Part shown: positions 59,478 to 64,000 of the stretch, piece by piece
Layout: each line of letters begins with the position of its first letter
How positions within the stretch are numbered: position 1 is the stretch's first letter
DNA from: Candidatus Poribacteria bacterium
GTDB taxonomy: Bacteria; Poribacteria; WGA-4E; WGA-3G
Reading direction: 5' to 3'
Length of the DNA: 64,000 nt
Assembly (NCBI GenBank): GCA_965205015.1
Contig: OZ242029.1
Coordinates: 4,192,001 to 4,256,000 of the forward strand
Translations under genes and position numbers: made by a program
Notes under the pieces: model-generated
Seen by the model: the letters and a program-made list of their open reading frames with translations, nothing else
The model's database searches: none
Told to the model about the DNA's origin: nothing

Positions 59478-61127
59478 ATGGCAGCCCCGACGAATCGAGA
59501 AGTGATTGCCCAGTGGCGCGATGAACCCGCTCCGTTGCTTGTATTGCTACACGCTTTCCACGACCGGGACGGGTTTATATCGGAGGCAGTCCTTCGCGAC
59601 ATCGCAGTCGGACTTCGGATCCCGCTCGCTGAACTCTTCGGCACTTTAACGTTCTATCACCATTTTGCGCGTGAGGTTTCCCCAGGACAGAGGGCGCCGC
59701 GCGTCTGTACGGGACCCGTCTGTCGATTGCAAGGTGGATTGGAAATTCTTGAGGCACTCAAAGACGAAGGCGCGACCCCAATGCCGTGTGCAGGAAGATG
59801 CGACGATTGCGTGCCAGTGCTGAAAGGACATCAGGTGCTCGTCGGGAAACAGGTAGAAACGCTCTCTGTGGAACCCACCCCTTTACCGCCACCCTATCCA
59901 GGCGATGGTGAAGAATGCATCTTCGCCGAGATCCGCGAACCCGAACGCAAGACATTGGAAGGCTATCGACGTACTGGTGGCTATGAAGCGTTAACTCGGG
60001 CATTGACAACACTGACACAAACAGATGTAATTGAAACGCTTAAAGAGAGCCAACTCGCGGGTAGAGGGGGCGCGGGGTTCCCGACAGGTATGAAATGGGA
60101 ATCGGTGTTGAATGCACCCGGCGAACCGAAAACGATCGTCTGTAACGCCGATGAAGGCGAACCGGGCTGCTTCAAGGACCGGGTTATCCTTGATTACGAC
60201 CCACACGCCGTGATTGAAGGGATGACGCTCGCTGCCTATGCGACAGGTGCGACGCGCGGCTTTATCTACCTCCGCTATGAATACCCAGAAACCTTGAAAA
60301 TACTCGAACATGCCCTCTTGGAAGCAGAAGCGGCAGGACTGCTTGGCGATGCTATCTTCAGAGAAAAACATGGGGGTGAAGACTTCAACTTCCACATCTA
60401 CATTCGACGGGGTGCCGGTGCTTATGTCTGCGGGGAGGAAGGATCGCTATTGAACAGTCTGGAAGGGAAGCATCCATTTCCAAGGAATCGTCCGCCTTAT
60501 CCTGTAACACACGGGTTTGAAAACTTGCCCACTGCTGTCAATAACGTGGAGACACTCACCGCCGCTGTCCAAATTTTGCGACACGGCGCAGTGTGGTATA
60601 AAAATCTCAGCTGCGATGAAAACTTGGCAGGCACAAAGATTATTAGCCTTTCCGGTGACATCCAGAGACCGGGGAACTACGAGGTGCCCTTCGGACTTCC
60701 GTTAAAGACGCTTCTCTATGAATGGGCAGGCGGCGCGCCAGAGGAGCGCGAAATTCAGGCGATTACGACTGCTGGACTTTCTGGTGGGTTTATCGCTGCA
60801 GCCGATTTCGATATTACAATTGATGAACCGAGTTTTCAAAAGGTAGGTGCAATGCTTGGCGCAGCGGGAATCATGGTGTTTGATGACACGCGAGATATGC
60901 TCGGTGTCGCACGCAATGCTATGGAATTTTTTGCCGAGGAATCTTGTGGGAAATGTTTCCCATGCCGTATCGGGACACAGCGATTGACGGAACTTTTGTC
61001 TGAGCCGTTGCAACCAGATTCAGAGGCACTGATTTCGGAGATTGGAGCAGTCATGAGGGCAACGAGCGCATGTGGACTCGGCACCGCTGCACCAAATATT
61101 ACAGATAGTCTAATGCGGTATTTCTAA
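59478..61127 (+). CDS. Fused NuoE-NuoF-like NAD(H)-binding flavoprotein (diaphorase subunit)
   Basis: N-terminal TFY...VCTGPVC..CAGRC; GRGGAGFPTG, NADEGEPG, GAGAYVCGEE, ESCGKCFPCR. Confidence 0.9.
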   Translation: MAAPTNREVIAQWRDEPAPLLVLLHAFHDRDGFISEAVLRDIAVGLRIPLAELFGTLTFYHHFAREVSPGQRAPRVCTGPVCRLQGGLEILEALKDEGATPMPCAGRCDDCVPVLKGHQVLVGKQVETLSVEPTPLPPPYPGDGEECIFAEIREPERKTLEGYRRTGGYEALTRALTTLTQTDVIETLKESQLAGRGGAGFPTGMKWESVLNAPGEPKTIVCNADEGEPGCFKDRVILDYDPHAVIEGMTLAAYATGATRGFIYLRYEYPETLKILEHALLEAEAAGLLGDAIFREKHGGEDFNFHIYIRRGAGAYVCGEEGSLLNSLEGKHPFPRNRPPYPVTHGFENLPTAVNNVETLTAAVQILRHGAVWYKNLSCDENLAGTKIISLSGDIQRPGNYEVPFGLPLKTLLYEWAGGAPEEREIQAITTAGLSGGFIAAADFDITIDEPSFQKVGAMLGAAGIMVFDDTRDMLGVARNAMEFFAEESCGKCFPCRIGTQRLTELLSEPLQPDSEALISEIGAVMRATSACGLGTAAPNITDSLMRYF

Positions 61128-61130
61128 TAG

Positions 61131-62342
61131 TTGACTGACAGCCATTTAAAGATGTGGAGTCGCGGTTTTATTCTTCTTTGCGCCATTGTGTTCGTTGTCG
61201 GTTTGGTAACAGGACCGGTCCAGATGCTATTTCCGGTCTACGCGGAGACGATTTTAGAAGAGACCGCACTGTTTGCGGCGTTGTTGCGTGCACTCCCTAT
61301 CGGGTTAGGTGGACTCTCGGCACTGATAGGTGGAACGCTCAGTGATCGGTTCGGACGGAAACCGGCTATACTCATCGGGATGACAGGTGCAGTCGTCGTA
61401 GGCGCGCTTTTCACCACAGAAACGCCGTTGTTTATCTGGGGCATCCTCTGTTATGAAGGCATCGCATCGGGGTTCAAAACTGCGGGTGGTCAAACCTATC
61501 TCATTAGCGTTGTGCCATCAAACCGATTGGGATTGGCGACAGGACTGTACTTTATCAATATGACTGTCGGGAGTGCTGTCGGGAGTGCTATTGCTGGAGA
61601 AGTCATAGATCGTATTGATTATGGTGTTTTCGGGATCGGTGCCGTGGTTTTAGCAGGTGTTCTGTTCATAGGTGCGTGTTTCTTTCTACCTCGATTGGCA
61701 CGACAGCCGTCTTCTAATAACCAGCGGAAGCAAGGTGGGATATGGAAATCGACCCTTAATATCGGAGCATATATAGATCTGAGTCGGCGGCGAAACATGC
61801 AAATGCTGATCGGTTTACGGGTTTTCCCGACCTATTATTGGGGCTCTGTGAACCTGCTGATGCCGATCTTGATTGCCCGTATCGCTGGCGTTAAAGCGAC
61901 AGGTTATTACGGGGCGGTGAGTCTGTTATTTGCTTTTGGGTGTCAATTAGTTGTTGGTAGAATATGCGATGCGATTGGGCATCGCACACCTGCCCTCGTG
62001 GCGAATGTGCTTGTTACGCTCCTCGCTTTTGGCGTAGCGTTCTTCCATGATTCTTTAATCGCGCTGGAGGTTTTCGGGATACTCGGTGCAGGCGCGGCGT
62101 GGGGACTCTCGACGACGATTCCTCGGTTTATCAACGAATTCACCGAGGCTCATGAGAAAGGACACGGGGTAGGTCTCACCCATTTGGCATGGAGCACAGG
62201 ATTTCTTCTTGGCTACGTCGCAAGCGGTTTTTTGATTAACTTCTCTGTTCAGGTTCCATTTATTGTGGCAGGAATTTCCCTGATTTTTTCAACAGGTATT
62301 GCTTACAAACTTCAAGATACAAATACTAAGATCACAAACTAA
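61131..62342 (+). CDS. MFS transporter
   Basis: GTLSDRFGRK motif A; about 12 hydrophobic segments. Confidence 0.9.
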   Translation: MTDSHLKMWSRGFILLCAIVFVVGLVTGPVQMLFPVYAETILEETALFAALLRALPIGLGGLSALIGGTLSDRFGRKPAILIGMTGAVVVGALFTTETPLFIWGILCYEGIASGFKTAGGQTYLISVVPSNRLGLATGLYFINMTVGSAVGSAIAGEVIDRIDYGVFGIGAVVLAGVLFIGACFFLPRLARQPSSNNQRKQGGIWKSTLNIGAYIDLSRRRNMQMLIGLRVFPTYYWGSVNLLMPILIARIAGVKATGYYGAVSLLFAFGCQLVVGRICDAIGHRTPALVANVLVTLLAFGVAFFHDSLIALEVFGILGAGAAWGLSTTIPRFINEFTEAHEKGHGVGLTHLAWSTGFLLGYVASGFLINFSVQVPFIVAGISLIFSTGIAYKLQDTNTKITN

Positions 62343-62374
62343 ATGAAGATTAAGAATGTAATTCGGTAATGTGT

Positions 62375-62458
62375 GGGTAGGCACAAGACTTACCCGAATG
62401 TATGGATAGGCACAAGACTTACCCGAATGTATGGGTAGGCACAAGACCTACCCCTACA
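62375..62458. repeat. 29-bp tandem repeat x3 ending in a GTAG-type REP
   Basis: gggtaggcacaagacttacccgaatgtat units; last unit ends acctacccctac. Confidence 0.88.
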
Positions 62459-62543
62459 GTGATTTTTCGGGATGGAATTACCGGAATATTTATTTAAACT
62501 TCATACAGTTTGTGTTACTTTCAAACGAAGGAAGGAATGCATA

Positions 62544-63071
62544 ATGGTAATTGCAGAACTCGATTTAGAAAATGGGGAACATCGTGAACTCACAAATTCC
62601 GAATGGCGTTATGGCGATGGACTCGTTCCCGGTGAACCCAACGGTGGCTTAGTCAATCAGTTAAAAGAAACACCCGCTCGGCTGGCGGATTATGACGATT
62701 CAGGATGGCCGGTCTGTGAGGATATTCAAGAGTGGGTTTCGGAAGGACTCTGTTTCGGTTGGTACCGCATCACTGTGACACTTCCAGAGGAAGTTGACGG
62801 CGTCTCAATCGCTGGATCACAGGTGTGGTTCCACACGTGTATTGACGACTACGGTGAAGTCTGGATCGATGGCGAAATTGACTTGGCTTTTGGAGAGTCA
62901 GGACGTGGTGCTGCCTCGGGTTTCAATACGCCGCAACGCGTTGTCGTTACAGAAAGCGCGGAACCGGGTGCGAAACATGTCATTGCATGCTTAGCGATCA
63001 ACGGTCCCCTTGCCAGACCAGGGGGTGGTATCTTTATGCGTTTCGCCAAGTTAGAATTTGAATCCTCTTAA
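62544..63071 (+). CDS. Galactose-binding-like domain protein (resembles the GH2 N-terminal domain)
   Basis: DYDDSGW, GWYRITVTLP, IDDYGEVWIDG. Confidence 0.65.
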   Translation: MVIAELDLENGEHRELTNSEWRYGDGLVPGEPNGGLVNQLKETPARLADYDDSGWPVCEDIQEWVSEGLCFGWYRITVTLPEEVDGVSIAGSQVWFHTCIDDYGEVWIDGEIDLAFGESGRGAASGFNTPQRVVVTESAEPGAKHVIACLAINGPLARPGGGIFMRFAKLEFESS

Positions 63072-63146
63072 TTATAGCCTCTGGACTACTCTCCATTACA
63101 TTACGATCAGGTTTCTGATGAACGTATTTGGTTTAATCAGAAACAT

Positions 63147-63233
63147 TAGCCCGTAATGTAATGGAGGGTGGACTTAAGGAACGCACTTAATGGACTAAAC
63201 GAATATTGTTTCTCGGCAAGGTAAAATTAAAAA
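63147..63233 (+). repeat. Dispersed element copy 2, preceded by an inverted arm at about 63091-63105
   Basis: Ends shared with 3139-3246; upstream ctccattacattacg is the reverse complement of cgtaatgtaatggag. Confidence 0.8.
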
Positions 63234-63243
63234 AGGAAAAAAT

Positions 63244-63930
63244 TTGCGTAAAAAAGCAGTCGTCTTACTCAGTGGCGGCTTGGATTCAGCAACAACGCTT
63301 GCTATCGCGCGCGATGAAGGTTACGATACATACTGCATAAGTTTTCGGTATGGTCAGCGACACGCAGTGGAACTACAGTGTGCCAAAAACATTACGAAGG
63401 CGTTAGGTATTAGGGAACACGCCGTCATTGACATTGACTCTCGGACCTTTGGCGCGTCAGCATTGACAGCAGATATAGAAGTTCCAAAGGATAGATCGGA
63501 TACAGAAATGGGAAGTGGCATCCCGATAACCTACGTTCCCGCCCGAAACACAATTTTTCTCTCCTATGCCCTCGCGTATGCGGAGGTTCTCGCCGCTGAC
63601 ACCATTTTTATCGGAGCTAACGCTATCGATTACAGCGGCTATCCAGACTGCCGTCCGGAATATATAGATGCCTATCAAACGATGGCAAACCTCGCGACAC
63701 AAGCCGGCGTTGAAGGTAAAACGAAACTGAGAATTCGCGCCCCACTTATCGACAAAACGAAGGCAGAGATTATCCAAATCGGCACAGCACTCGGTGTCGA
63801 TTACAGTCTCACCTTAAGTTGCTACGATCCAGATACCGAAGGCAACGCATGCGGTGGATGTGATAGCTGCCTGCTCCGAAAGCGAGGCTTTAAAGAAGCA
63901 GGTATCCCCGATCCAACGCACTACGTCTAA
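63244..63930 (+). CDS. queC: 7-cyano-7-deazaguanine synthase
   Basis: LSGGLDS, YGQRH, TYVPARN, YPDCR, SCY...CGGCDSC. Confidence 0.97.
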   Translation: MRKKAVVLLSGGLDSATTLAIARDEGYDTYCISFRYGQRHAVELQCAKNITKALGIREHAVIDIDSRTFGASALTADIEVPKDRSDTEMGSGIPITYVPARNTIFLSYALAYAEVLAADTIFIGANAIDYSGYPDCRPEYIDAYQTMANLATQAGVEGKTKLRIRAPLIDKTKAEIIQIGTALGVDYSLTLSCYDPDTEGNACGGCDSCLLRKRGFKEAGIPDPTHYV

Positions 63931-63952
63931 AGGTGAAGCACTCAAAAAAACG

Positions 63953-64000
63953 ATGACAAAAGCAATTTTTTTTGATTTTTATAATACACTCTGCACGTGG
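63953..64000 (+). CDS. HAD-family hydrolase (3' truncated by window edge)
   Basis: MTKAIFFDFYNTLC resembles HAD motif I. Confidence 0.6.
   Translation, partial: MTKAIFFDFYNTLCTW

Noticed and set aside
63072-63243. preQ1 riboswitch before queC
   Set aside because: No recognisable preQ1 motif; the region is occupied by a dispersed repeat

Overview
Bacterial chromosomal window, most consistent with Candidatus Poribacteria (inference from secreted WD40 proteins with dockerin-like plus 'NYPNPFNPETW' C-terminal domains, a LamG protein ending 'LAV.P.GKL..TWG.IK', and multiple PhyH dioxygenase, GH32 and Uma2 genes). It holds core genes (xseB, dxs, tlyA, tamB with an Omp85 gene, pepA, leuA, aroF, queC), a split nucleoside-type ABC transporter, a selenocysteine formate dehydrogenase (in-frame UGA plus SECIS), toxin-antitoxin pairs, and a solo TnpB element inserted at a gene's start codon. 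The top finding is a candidate ribosome-mediated attenuator upstream of aroF-leuA. Its leader peptide has five alternating Leu-Tyr codon pairs and a full protector/antiterminator/terminator layout, which suggests it senses both leucine and tyrosine. Second, several intergenic palindromic repeat families also sit in-frame inside conserved proteins (TamB, Omp85, ABC ATPase, FdhF), resembling Rickettsia palindromic elements. Other candidates are tandem sigma-54 promoters with UAS-like palindromes at an hsp20 pair, an HxG PhyH enzyme (possible halogenase), non-canonical GH32s and an ATPase plus nuclease-like gene pair. All calls come from reading the sequence by eye; no searches were run.
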